Shown here piece by piece: positions 30,189 to 38,610 of a stretch of DNA of 64,000 nucleotides; the stretch's first letter is position 1, and each line of letters starts with the position of its first letter. Location: IMG/VR virus record IMGVR_UViG_3300025466_000001; one strand, given 5' to 3'. The notes beneath the pieces were generated by a model. That model was given only the letters and a program-made list of their open reading frames with translations. It ran no database searches and was not told where the DNA came from. Position numbers and translations under genes: made by a program. The DNA comes from an uncultured virus (IMG/VR IMGVR_UViG_3300025466_000001) (Duplodnaviria > Heunggongvirae > Uroviricota > Caudoviricetes).

Positions 30189-30735
30189 CTTTCTTTCCTT
30201 TTGACGAATTGCATGAGCGACATAAAATCTGATAAGTGGCTCTCTCTGCGTGGAAATGTTGCCATGCTTTTAAAACACTCGGGTCTTTAATGACCCACCC
30301 AATCCCACTATTATCGTTGGTTATTTCGATGTTGGGTTCGGTATCTATAAAACTTTTTGCAATCATTACAAATGGCACATAGCGGTGGTCGACTGTCAGG
30401 TCTTTAGTAGCCCCACAATGTACGCAAATCGGGGCCCATTGACGTATAAAATCGTTTAACTGATACTGAATAGCCGCCCGTAATGCTGGGGTTCTGTTAT
30501 CTGTTTCCGCTACTGCCTTGCGCCATGACCAAACTTCGTAGTTAATCCCATCGTTTGATACCCCCAAGCAACGTGTTTCTTTGGGTGTGCGTGGGTTAAT
30601 TACTTTTTTGTAATATGGGAAACTCCAGCCAGTAAGTAAGTTCATACTAACTACATCATCTTGCGCAAAGTCTACACCGATAGCATAACTATCTAGGATA
30701 GTACGGATTCTTTCTAGTCTTTTTACTTTACTCAT
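30163..30735 (-). CDS. HNH endonuclease (likely start MSKVKR)
   Basis: CVHCG..DLTVDH...LCRSCNSSKG. Confidence 0.75.
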   Translation of the reverse strand: MSKVKRLERIRTILDSYAIGVDFAQDDVVSMNLLTGWSFPYYKKVINPRTPKETRCLGVSNDGINYEVWSWRKAVAETDNRTPALRAAIQYQLNDFIRQWAPICVHCGATKDLTVDHRYVPFVMIAKSFIDTEPNIEITNDNSGIGWVIKDPSVLKAWQHFHAERATYQILCRSCNSSKGKKDDTEKRQA

Positions 30736-30736
30736 A

Positions 30737-31408
30737 TTAGTGATTAGGGTGAAATTCACAGGACTTAACCTGACACCATCCACATAGCGGAGTGCTTGTT
30801 GGATTCCATACATTGTTATGGTGGCTGGCTACCAGTTTTGCTACACGTTCTCTGTATAACTGCCAATGGAAATCTTTTTGGTCGGCTTCCATTTTGCTCT
30901 TAACCATGCTCCCCTTAACTACAAACAGTAGAGAAGAATTAACTTGGCGAATGTGTGGGAAGTGTGCGAACACCATGAGGGACATTAAGATTAGCTGATC
31001 TCGGTCAGGGTATTTATCGTTGCCAGTTTTGTAGTCAACTACCCAAGCTTTTAAACCATCGTCATCTATGATTACTAAGTCAGCGATTCCTCTAGCCCAC
31101 ACATCATCGTCACCGAAACCGCAAGGTGTTAAGTCTTCCCTTACACCCATCTCCAACTCAGGAAACTTTCTGCCCTTTATCTTCATCAGGCTTTCCATAA
31201 TGGGTTCCATAAACGCATACTCAGGCGGTATAGGCTTGCCTTCTTTAACATAAAGCTCAGCCGCTTCATGTACTTGCTTACCATACTTGGTGTGAACTGT
31301 TTCTTGGAAAGGGTAGTTCTTTAAAACCTTAACCTCGTGGAACCGCCTAGCGCATCCCTCGTAGTCTTTAAGCCCTGAGTGGCTCCACTTGATTGGTTTA
31401 ACTTCCAT
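30737..31408 (-). CDS. PD-(D/E)XK (RecB/Cas4-like) exonuclease
   Basis: SHS..DY..C, RGIADL, VVDYKTG, CGWC..C. Confidence 0.88.
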   Translation of the reverse strand: MEVKPIKWSHSGLKDYEGCARRFHEVKVLKNYPFQETVHTKYGKQVHEAAELYVKEGKPIPPEYAFMEPIMESLMKIKGRKFPELEMGVREDLTPCGFGDDDVWARGIADLVIIDDDGLKAWVVDYKTGNDKYPDRDQLILMSLMVFAHFPHIRQVNSSLLFVVKGSMVKSKMEADQKDFHWQLYRERVAKLVASHHNNVWNPTSTPLCGWCQVKSCEFHPNH

Positions 31409-33375
31409 TACTTAGCATCTCCGTATCGTTTAGCATAGCTTGATTCTGCGTCAAGTGGGATGCCTTTCATATACTGCGGTTCCATGACCATCTGTGCGTG
31501 TACCCATTTCTCTGCTTCTTCTACTTCTTCATCAGGTACTAGCACTACAACTTCGTCATGCACAGTCAATACACAAGGGTATCTCTCTTGTATCCGTAAC
31601 ATCCCATCAGTCATCACGCAACGAGCAACGGCCTGAACAATGTTTTCTACCAGCTTACCGCCGTATAGTTTTTTATTGTCAGACCCGTAAGACCATTGTG
31701 TTCTGCCTTTCTCGTCTTCTGTACCCTTTAAATCAGGGTAACGCAAAGCCAAACCACTAGGCAATATTATACGCTCTTTTTCAAAAGTTAGACATTTATA
31801 TTCGTAGGTTTTTCCCTTACTTAAACTATGCCCTATCAACGAACTACATAAGTCCCAAAAGGTTACTACTGGGTGCGACTTCTCACGATAGATTTCAATA
31901 ATCTTTTTAGCGGCTAGGCTATGAACTAGAAGCTCTTTGTCTGTGCAAGTGTGTGGTATCTTGTGGAGTAATTCCATGTTGCGTTCCCAACCTAAGAAGT
32001 CAGCTACATCTTGCTCAGTTACACCAAGTTGTTTAGCAAATGCTTTGTCATACATTGTGGGCGGTGCGCCTAGGAATCCAGTAAGAAGTTGCGCAGAGAA
32101 GCTAGCCCAACCCATGCCATAGCCACAACCTAACAACGCTGATTTTGCTGACTGCCTGAGAGTCGGATGTGTTTCTTTAGAGAGGTCGGGTATGCCAAAC
32201 ATCTGCGCCCCAAACGCTGAGTAGGCATCTTGACCCGATGCGAATATATCAAGGAGTGACGTGTAATCAGCGAGATAGGCAAGGACTCTCGGCTCAATTT
32301 GCGAGAGATCGCATACGACGAGCGAGTACCCGTTCGGCGCTTTGATAGATTTACGTAGGAATGACCCCCTCTTGAGGTTTTGTAGATTAAGCCCCGAGCC
32401 CTTGCTCGCCGACCAACGGCCTGTGTGCGCTCCGTAGTAGTTGAGTGGGACAGGAAGTTTACCTCGTTCCGATATATCTGCAAATCTCTGCGCCCTTGTG
32501 CGTTCAAGCGTTGATTTAACTTTGAGCCTTGCTTCGCAAATAAGGGCAACATCGTCGTTACTACTGTTAAGCAACGCTTGGAAGAGGGCATCGTTCTTAG
32601 CGAACGCATAAGCTTCTTTGCCAGTCGTCTTGCTGATCTTACGTGGTGGATTAACTCCAAGTCCTTTAAGTACTTCAGCAAATTTATCGTTACTAGCAAG
32701 CGCCGTTTCATCAACGTCAACTTTTTTAAGAAGCGCTTCCCTCTTTGTCCTCTCATCTTCGATTGCTTCATTAAGCATCTCCTTATCTAACTCAAGTGTG
32801 GGGAACACAAACATCTTGAGCGTCATGTCAATTAAATCTAGTTCACTCTGTGGGAACCCACCTTCTACTTCACCCAGCAAGTTTCTAAATATCTGAGCGC
32901 ACAGTTCTACATCGTGCTCACAGTAGATGGCTAATTCTTTCTCCATCTCATAAGTAATTTCAGACAAGCCGTTAGTGCTATGCACCGCTTGTCCTTTAGG
33001 TGGTAGCCCGTAGTGTTCTGCTAATGTAGCTAGGCTGTTGCCTACTTCTACACCACGAAGGGCACGACCCATACTTAGAGAATCCAGTATATAAGCAGGC
33101 CTAGCGCCGTAGACCCAAGCAAGAATAGAAACATCAAACTGAGCATTATGAGCAAGTACATTTACATTCTCCCAATCAATAGAACTAACCCACGCTGGAA
33201 TATCATCGTGAGTTACCCAAGTTGTTGTATCTTCATTGAGCCACTTATACCCTACACCGAAAGCCTTGAACATCGGACTACGAACATATTCTTCCGTAGT
33301 CATCTTGCTTAGCGTGTAGTCTTTACTGTCCCATCTAGTTTCAAAGTCAACTACCAGCGTTTTTCTTCCGAACAT
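31408..33375 (-). CDS. polA: Family A DNA polymerase with 3'-5' exonuclease
   Basis: DFET, HNAQFD, YCEHD; TGRWS, DLSQIEPR, AKSALLGCGYG, TVHDE. Confidence 0.95.
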   Translation of the reverse strand: MFGRKTLVVDFETRWDSKDYTLSKMTTEEYVRSPMFKAFGVGYKWLNEDTTTWVTHDDIPAWVSSIDWENVNVLAHNAQFDVSILAWVYGARPAYILDSLSMGRALRGVEVGNSLATLAEHYGLPPKGQAVHSTNGLSEITYEMEKELAIYCEHDVELCAQIFRNLLGEVEGGFPQSELDLIDMTLKMFVFPTLELDKEMLNEAIEDERTKREALLKKVDVDETALASNDKFAEVLKGLGVNPPRKISKTTGKEAYAFAKNDALFQALLNSSNDDVALICEARLKVKSTLERTRAQRFADISERGKLPVPLNYYGAHTGRWSASKGSGLNLQNLKRGSFLRKSIKAPNGYSLVVCDLSQIEPRVLAYLADYTSLLDIFASGQDAYSAFGAQMFGIPDLSKETHPTLRQSAKSALLGCGYGMGWASFSAQLLTGFLGAPPTMYDKAFAKQLGVTEQDVADFLGWERNMELLHKIPHTCTDKELLVHSLAAKKIIEIYREKSHPVVTFWDLCSSLIGHSLSKGKTYEYKCLTFEKERIILPSGLALRYPDLKGTEDEKGRTQWSYGSDNKKLYGGKLVENIVQAVARCVMTDGMLRIQERYPCVLTVHDEVVVLVPDEEVEEAEKWVHAQMVMEPQYMKGIPLDAESSYAKRYGDAK

Positions 33376-33544
33376 TTTTTACTTTCTTTTGTTTAGCGTC
33401 AGCTTTGCACTGCTCTATGTATTGCTTGAGAATTGCAAGCACACCTTCTTGAACTAAAAAACCCAAACCTTCTTTATCAAAATGAACCATAGCATCAGCA
33501 GAACCATCTTCGTTTTCTCGTACTACTTCTACTCTGATTTCCAT
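33347..33544 (-). CDS. Hypothetical protein
   Basis: ENEDGSAD motif; coupled ORF. Confidence 0.65.
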   Translation of the reverse strand: MEIRVEVVRENEDGSADAMVHFDKEGLGFLVQEGVLAILKQYIEQCKADAKQKKVKNVRKKNAGS

Positions 33545-33780
33545 TAGTTAATTGTCCTGTCGTTAAGCTGGTCAAGAACTCTATGCCCAATCTCAGCCGC
33601 AGTTTCAGTAAGAAGAATAGGAACTTCCATCTCATCAATGTTAAGACCGCATACCTTGACGCTACTTGTTTCACTATTAGCCACTACCAAAACAATGGAT
33701 ACATTCGGGTCATCAGCGCCCTGTTCAATCAGATCATAGATTGCTTCTAGAGCGCTATCGGGTGTTGTGTGTTCAGTCAT
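33544..33780 (-). CDS. Hypothetical protein
   Basis: Coupled ORF. Confidence 0.65.
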   Translation of the reverse strand: MTEHTTPDSALEAIYDLIEQGADDPNVSIVLVVANSETSSVKVCGLNIDEMEVPILLTETAAEIGHRVLDQLNDRTIN

Positions 33781-34100
33781 TCATCTCTTTCGTTGTGTTG
33801 TTCAATCCATTGAAGTGTGTCTAGTGAATCTTCTACGGACTGAATGTTTTCTTCGTTAACCACCATCACATACCCTCTAGCATCCTCAATCTTCTTGAGT
33901 TCAGCTTCTTGTAGTGCGGTTGTTTTATTTTTACCAGCCTTACATTCTATCGCAATGAAGCGCCCTTTGTAACAAGCTATGATGTCGGGAATACCCGAAC
34001 GACCAAACCCACCCATCACAGGATAGAAATAATAAGCGCCAAACTTTTTAAGGATTTTTGTTACGGCTTCTTTTACCTTTTTCTCGGGTGTTTGTGCCAT
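33777..34100 (-). CDS. VRR-NUC / Holliday-junction resolvase-like nuclease
   Basis: PEKKVK, GIPDII..YKGRFIAIECKAG..TALQ. Confidence 0.85.
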   Translation of the reverse strand: MAQTPEKKVKEAVTKILKKFGAYYFYPVMGGFGRSGIPDIIACYKGRFIAIECKAGKNKTTALQEAELKKIEDARGYVMVVNEENIQSVEDSLDTLQWIEQHNERDE

Positions 34101-34494
34101 TTGTTAACTCCTTTGCTTTTTCCAAGTGTAGTGCTACGTGTTTACCATGATCTGCATACGTTTCTTCAAAGACTTTGTTAAGTATGTTTGCCGCTATTAC
34201 ATCTTTGGTATGTTGCATTGATTCTGCAAGTCGTTTTGCAATACCACCAAAGTCAGGCAAGTTGCTAAAGAACTCATCAAACTCTTCCTCTTTCAAGTAA
34301 CGCATACCATCAGGGGTTTCTACTAAAATGCCATGCTCTTTAAGCCAGCGTAGCTTTCGTCTTTCTTCTACCGCTTCTTGCAGTTCCATTCTTACTCTTG
34401 CATCTCGTTGTTGCATTACCGCCAACTCAGCTCTCAGCTTCTCAATCTCAGCCCCCTTCGGGTCAATCGCTTTCAGTATCTCTTTCGAGTCCAT
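34048..34494 (-). CDS. Coiled-coil protein containing a major-capsid-like segment
   Basis: AAGGAG RBS; residues 87-109 align with capsid residues 108-130. Confidence 0.7.
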   Translation of the reverse strand: MDSKEILKAIDPKGAEIEKLRAELAVMQQRDARVRMELQEAVEERRKLRWLKEHGILVETPDGMRYLKEEEFDEFFSNLPDFGGIAKRLAESMQHTKDVIAANILNKVFEETYADHGKHVALHLEKAKELTNGTNTREKGKRSRNKNP

Positions 34495-34669
34495 CTACTT
34501 CTCCTTGTTGTTCTAAAGTTAGGTCTGCCATTGGCAGTTCGATTGTTGTTATCCTAAAGCCACAGTCGTCTATGCAAACCCGTCGTCTACGCACCCAGTC
34601 AGGATGTTGTGTCGCCGTCCGAGTTTGCGTAGTCTTTAACTTGGCTCCGCACTTTGGGCAGTTTCTCAT
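34463..34669 (-). CDS. NrdR/Ogr-like zinc-ribbon protein (start MRNCPKCG)
   Basis: CPKCG...RRRRVC...CGFRITTIE. Confidence 0.75.
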   Translation of the reverse strand: MRNCPKCGAKLKTTQTRTATQHPDWVRRRRVCIDDCGFRITTIELPMADLTLEQQGEVDGLERDTESD

Positions 34670-34785
34670 GTGTTTCTCCAGTATGTATCGTTTGGATTGG
34701 CAAGCATGGAGCACAGTAACTCATCTACATTTTTAAACCATTGAATAACTTTTAAGCCGTTACTTTGTTTAATTGTGAAGCTCAT
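34666..34785 (-). CDS. Small hypothetical protein (39 aa; not in the ORF track)
   Basis: MSFTIKQSNGLKVIQWF...; GGGAG RBS; ATGA overlap. Confidence 0.55.
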   Translation of the reverse strand: MSFTIKQSNGLKVIQWFKNVDELLCSMLANPNDTYWRNT

Positions 34786-34977
34786 TTAGAACTCCCATGT
34801 CTTAGTTATCGTTACTTGTTGGTCATCTTTTGTAGCTTCGACTTCTATATTGAGGTTGGGTTGCTTCTTGTCTTTCTTCCCGAATATCAAATCAAAGTTC
34901 CTATCAAACTCTTCCATGCTTACACCTAGTGGGCGAGGTGCATCACCTTTGCCGCCATCATGCTTTGTCATTAACAT
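34786..34977 (-). CDS. Small conserved phage protein
   Basis: GGKGDAPRP...FDRNFDLIFGK. Confidence 0.65.
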   Translation of the reverse strand: MLMTKHDGGKGDAPRPLGVSMEEFDRNFDLIFGKKDKKQPNLNIEVEATKDDQQVTITKTWEF

Positions 34978-35135
34978 CTCCCATCCATATCAAAGTCATC
35001 TTCTTTCTCCTCAATGTGTTTCTGTAATAGCCGAGCAAGCCTTTCAAACTTAGTAACATCAGGCATAACTTGATGCCTACCAAAGCCAGCTTCAAAAGCA
35101 AGGGCTACAACTACTGCTCTATCTAGTTCTTCCAT
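34971..35135 (-). CDS. Hypothetical protein
   Basis: Likely start MEELDR; acidic tail. Confidence 0.5.
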   Translation of the reverse strand: MEELDRAVVVALAFEAGFGRHQVMPDVTKFERLARLLQKHIEEKEDDFDMDGRC

Positions 35136-35460
35136 ATCCAATCCTATCTCCGTTGTTGTCGAAGTAATTTCTAGCACCTTCTCGGTTCTCTGTTACATAA
35201 CCTACTCGGTTCCCCTCGTTATCATACACTCCGTTTGCTCTTGGATTCCAGTAGTTATACTGCGAGTTCTTGGGGTTGTATGGCGAGTTATTGTAGTTGG
35301 CTGACGAGTTCTGATAGTTATACTCCGAGTTCTTCCAGTTGTATGGGCTATCTCTCCAGCTATCTTGCGCTTTGGCTTGATGGCTAAACATCATAAACTC
35401 AATAACAAACCCTAGCAGAACGGCAAACACCGCTAGCCTAAACAGTTCATCTCTATTCAT
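35119..35460 (-). CDS. Exported protein with 7-aa NSxYNxx repeats
   Basis: Signal-peptide-like N-terminus ending AKA; five tandem heptapeptides. Confidence 0.7.
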   Translation of the reverse strand: MNRDELFRLAVFAVLLGFVIEFMMFSHQAKAQDSWRDSPYNWKNSEYNYQNSSANYNNSPYNPKNSQYNYWNPRANGVYDNEGNRVGYVTENREGARNYFDNNGDRIGYGRTR

Positions 35461-35469
35461 CTTTTCTCC

Positions 35470-36087
35470 TTAGTGTGATGGGCTATGTAAATTAAAGTCA
35501 TCAAGGGTGAACAGGCTAATGACTTGTATATCAGGGGGTAAATACATATCGGTGTTAAGTCGTTCCTCAGTATGCACACCAACATTACTCTTGTTGACTA
35601 TGGTGAACGCTACCCTTGCTACTGGTATGCCCTCGGTGTGTAACTTGTTTAAGCACTCAGCCAACGATGCGCTACTGTTGCATAAGTCATCAAACATAAT
35701 GGCTGGCTTGTCGTTTGGTATGCCCTCTACTATGTTCTCTAAGCCATACTTCTTGCGATCTTTCCTAACGATAAACGCATTTAGGTCTGACCCCATTAGC
35801 TTAGCCACCATCGGTATAGCTGTCAGCATAGGCGCAGATGCCGTTTCCAATCCTGTTATCTGAAAGTTAAACTCGGGGTCTAAGCGTTCAAGATAATAGT
35901 AAAACATTTGCCCTATATTGAAGTTGAACTGCGCATTGAACAGTCCTCTGCGCAGATAGAACATCCAGCTATATCGTTCGCCTTTTACTTTCGCTGGCAA
36001 ATCTACCCCACGCAATATGCAATGCTCATCTATGTAAGCGTGAACCCACCTAGCAAGCACCTCATATTGTGCGTCTGATACCTTCAT
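35470..36087 (-). CDS. Orotate phosphoribosyltransferase-like (type I PRTase)
   Basis: FIVRKDRKKYG flexible loop; IMFDDLCNSSAS PRPP-like loop; SLFTLDDF. Confidence 0.7.
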   Translation of the reverse strand: MKVSDAQYEVLARWVHAYIDEHCILRGVDLPAKVKGERYSWMFYLRRGLFNAQFNFNIGQMFYYYLERLDPEFNFQITGLETASAPMLTAIPMVAKLMGSDLNAFIVRKDRKKYGLENIVEGIPNDKPAIMFDDLCNSSASLAECLNKLHTEGIPVARVAFTIVNKSNVGVHTEERLNTDMYLPPDIQVISLFTLDDFNLHSPSH

Positions 36088-36470
36088 TAGAACCCTGTCC
36101 TTTCCTCAAGTTCTTCTTGTCGTTGTTTCTTACGCAAGGCAATCTCATCTCGCAGATACCACACCGCCTTCTCCAAGTCCTCGATAGCATCACGCTTTAA
36201 ATCACATCGCCACATATACTTCATGGCATTACCTAAGTTAAATCCCATATGCCTCGTGATGTCGATGCACTCTACACCTGATGGATGCGTGGTGTAATGC
36301 TTGGGGTGATTAACTGGGTCGTGATGTTCTTTGGTAAGTTGTTCTGCAAATTCTCGTTGCAGTTGCATAGCTTCTTCATGGTTGTATGCAATCGTTACTG
36401 TGTCATCACTATGCTGAACCCACCCATAGAAAGGCACAGGCTCACCACCGCAGTCGTCAATCTGTTTCAT
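36087..36470 (-). CDS. DUF3310 / SaV-like protein
   Basis: DPVNHPKHY..ECIDI...GNAMKYMWR...EDLEKAVWYL. Confidence 0.85.
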   Translation of the reverse strand: MKQIDDCGGEPVPFYGWVQHSDDTVTIAYNHEEAMQLQREFAEQLTKEHHDPVNHPKHYTTHPSGVECIDITRHMGFNLGNAMKYMWRCDLKRDAIEDLEKAVWYLRDEIALRKKQRQEELEERTGF

Positions 36471-36751
36471 TTCTTAGTTCCTTTCTTTTTAGTTTGCGGT
36501 TTGGGCGCTTCAAAGTCTTTTACTGCCCTGTGCCAGTTCATTATTTCTGCGCTAATCTTTTCCAGTTGTTGCTCCTGTAGCTCAATCATTTCAGCAACTG
36601 CCCATATAGCACCGCTCTCGGGGTCGGAGCATACACGCTCGGCAATAATCTCAGCCACATCTCGAATACTACTTAGCTTGTAGCTAACAACTTCTACCAT
36701 GTTACTCAATTCCCACAAATTTTCTAAATCAGTATAGTTCGGGTTTTCCAT
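36467..36751 (-). CDS. Hypothetical helical protein
   Basis: RBS and ORF. Confidence 0.65.
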   Translation of the reverse strand: MENPNYTDLENLWELSNMVEVVSYKLSSIRDVAEIIAERVCSDPESGAIWAVAEMIELQEQQLEKISAEIMNWHRAVKDFEAPKPQTKKKGTKK

Positions 36752-36884
36752 CTACTTTCCTTTCGAGTTTAGTGTAGGCAACGAGGGCTCTATCAAAGGC
36801 GGTGCGCCAATAGAATATCTCGTCTTTTAGTTTTAATACTTCTGCTTCTAGTTCCTTAACCTTTGCTTCTAGTTCATTCATCAT
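36729..36884 (-). CDS. Small coiled-coil protein (51 aa; not in the ORF track)
   Basis: MMNELEAKVKELEAEVLKLK; overlaps both neighbours. Confidence 0.55.
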   Translation of the reverse strand: MMNELEAKVKELEAEVLKLKDEIFYWRTAFDRALVAYTKLERKVDGKPELY

Positions 36885-37111
36885 TTCACCTTTTTACTTT
36901 CATATTTCCTTGCACTTATATTGGCTAAACATTTGGCACACTTCCATCTTGTGTGTCTACCGCTAGTAATTAAAACATCCTTACCACCTTCAGGCAACTG
37001 GTACGCATGACAAGACGAACAATACTTGCGCCCTGTTATTTTTTCAGATGCCTTCTTAATTTCTAATGCGGTCTTAGTTAGTTCACTCATTACTTCCTTT
37101 ACATTAAACAT
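36881..37111 (-). CDS. Zinc-finger protein
   Basis: CSSC...RWKCAKC. Confidence 0.7.
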   Translation of the reverse strand: MFNVKEVMSELTKTALEIKKASEKITGRKYCSSCHAYQLPEGGKDVLITSGRHTRWKCAKCLANISARKYESKKVK

Positions 37112-37257
37112 TCACCGAGCAACTCATACAAGTTTAGCTTAGGTTTCTTAGGTAGTCGTACAATCTTCCACCCTTCCTGTAAGAACTGCTCGGCTTCCTT
37201 AAGCGATTGAAACAAGCGTATTGCCATGCCTGTTTCATCTACCACTTTGTATTTCAA
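37099..37257 (-). CDS. Small hypothetical protein (52 aa, TTG start; not in the ORF track)
   Basis: MKYKVVDETGMAIRLFQSLKEAEQF; fills the operon gap. Confidence 0.55.
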   Translation of the reverse strand: MKYKVVDETGMAIRLFQSLKEAEQFLQEGWKIVRLPKKPKLNLYELLGECLM

Positions 37258-37466
37258 TTATCTCGCCTTGCAGAAGTCACATACAGGGACTCCATCTTTA
37301 CCCTTGCGCCAGCCATAGTAAGGTCGCTTTCTAAATACTTCTTTCCGCATGGGCCGATGTAGATTCCAGCTTCGTTGTAAGTGGGGACATAAAGAACTCC
37401 TTTCACTTCGTAGCATCGGAACATATCCTTCTCGTGTTTAGTTTGGTTGTTAGTATTGAAACTCAT
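37254..37466 (-). CDS. Hypothetical protein
   Basis: Coupled ORF. Confidence 0.6.
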   Translation of the reverse strand: MSFNTNNQTKHEKDMFRCYEVKGVLYVPTYNEAGIYIGPCGKKYLESDLTMAGARVKMESLYVTSARRDN

Positions 37467-37708
37467 TTGTAAACCTTTCCGTCTTTGCGTTTAATAAAAT
37501 TATCAGGATGGCATAGCCATTTACTGCCCAATTCGTCAATCATTTTTTTAGAGTTTAGTTTCCAGTTTGCTTCTAGTTTTTGAAGCACATCGTCGGTCAT
37601 CACCCCCCGCAGAACAGAAGATGACACTGGTTGCCCATGCCTATACTTAGGCGCAGACATTTTAACTAAGGCTCTAGAGTTGCTTACTACAATCGGTTGC
37701 TTTAACAT
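37463..37708 (-). CDS. Hypothetical protein (start MLKQP)
   Basis: AAGGAG RBS; LGSKWLCHPDN motif. Confidence 0.6.
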   Translation of the reverse strand: MLKQPIVVSNSRALVKMSAPKYRHGQPVSSSVLRGVMTDDVLQKLEANWKLNSKKMIDELGSKWLCHPDNFIKRKDGKVYK

Positions 37709-37718
37709 TTGGTTCTCC

Positions 37719-38591
37719 TTAGAAATCGAACTTGGATAGGATTGCGTCAACATCTTTCTTAACTGCTTGGCGAGTATCGAGGTCTTTGCGTAAGTCATCA
37801 ACCTCTAAGCCATTGACTGCTTCATGTAGTTTGATGCGTGCTTCTTCTAAGTCTTTGTCGCCTGTGATGTTGAGGTCTTTAGCTAGTGAGCATAACTCGT
37901 TGGCAGTATCTAACAGACTGGCATGGAACATACGGGGTTGTGCCTTGTGTCCTGTGTAGTCCACAGTTAAGCGGTCAGACATACGCTTGAGGTGATCTTT
38001 GAGTCTTGTCTTGATGTCACCCATAGCGTTCTCGATACGCTCATCTGCTAGCTTTGCTAACTTGTTTTGTAACTCTGCTTGTGCGTCATTACCCACATCA
38101 ACTCGGAAGTCACCCGAGGTAGGCACAGGCATATAGTTAACTCGGAAGTCAAAGCGATGCTTGATGTCATCAGGTGTTGGATACTCGTTGCGGTTAAACA
38201 TATCACCAAGAGCCATAGCCTGTGCAGTAATCAAGGTTGGGTAAGTCGTTACGAAATCATCTACCAACGCATTGAACTTATCCTCGAACTCTTGCATACG
38301 CTGGTTGAACTCCATGAACTTAGCGGTAGTCAGTAAGCGTAAGCCCGAGTCAGACCAAGGCAAGGTCACATCATAGAGATAGGTGCGGATAGCACCAACG
38401 CATTGGTTGATTGTTTCTAACTCAGGGCGACCAGCTAATAAGTTCTTATTAACTCGAGCCGCACCCTTACTGCCAGCTTGTTTAGTTGCCAACACCTCGT
38501 CGGTAGTTGACTTGTCTAGTTTGCGTGCTGTCCATTGGCGAACATTTACCTCTACCAACATAGCGCAAGTATCAATGTTAAAGCGTGTCAT
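37719..38591 (-). CDS. DUF3150-like helical protein accompanying the AAA/vWA pair
   Basis: TLPWSDSGLRLL, LGDMFNRNEYP, PTSGDFRVD; synteny. Confidence 0.6.
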   Translation of the reverse strand: MTRFNIDTCAMLVEVNVRQWTARKLDKSTTDEVLATKQAGSKGAARVNKNLLAGRPELETINQCVGAIRTYLYDVTLPWSDSGLRLLTTAKFMEFNQRMQEFEDKFNALVDDFVTTYPTLITAQAMALGDMFNRNEYPTPDDIKHRFDFRVNYMPVPTSGDFRVDVGNDAQAELQNKLAKLADERIENAMGDIKTRLKDHLKRMSDRLTVDYTGHKAQPRMFHASLLDTANELCSLAKDLNITGDKDLEEARIKLHEAVNGLEVDDLRKDLDTRQAVKKDVDAILSKFDF

Positions 38592-38610
38592 AGTAATTCT
38601 CCTTTGTTGT

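Noticed and set aside
30737..31408. Cas4 as evidence of CRISPR
   Set aside because: Stand-alone PD-(D/E)XK nuclease beside PolA, normal for phage replication modules
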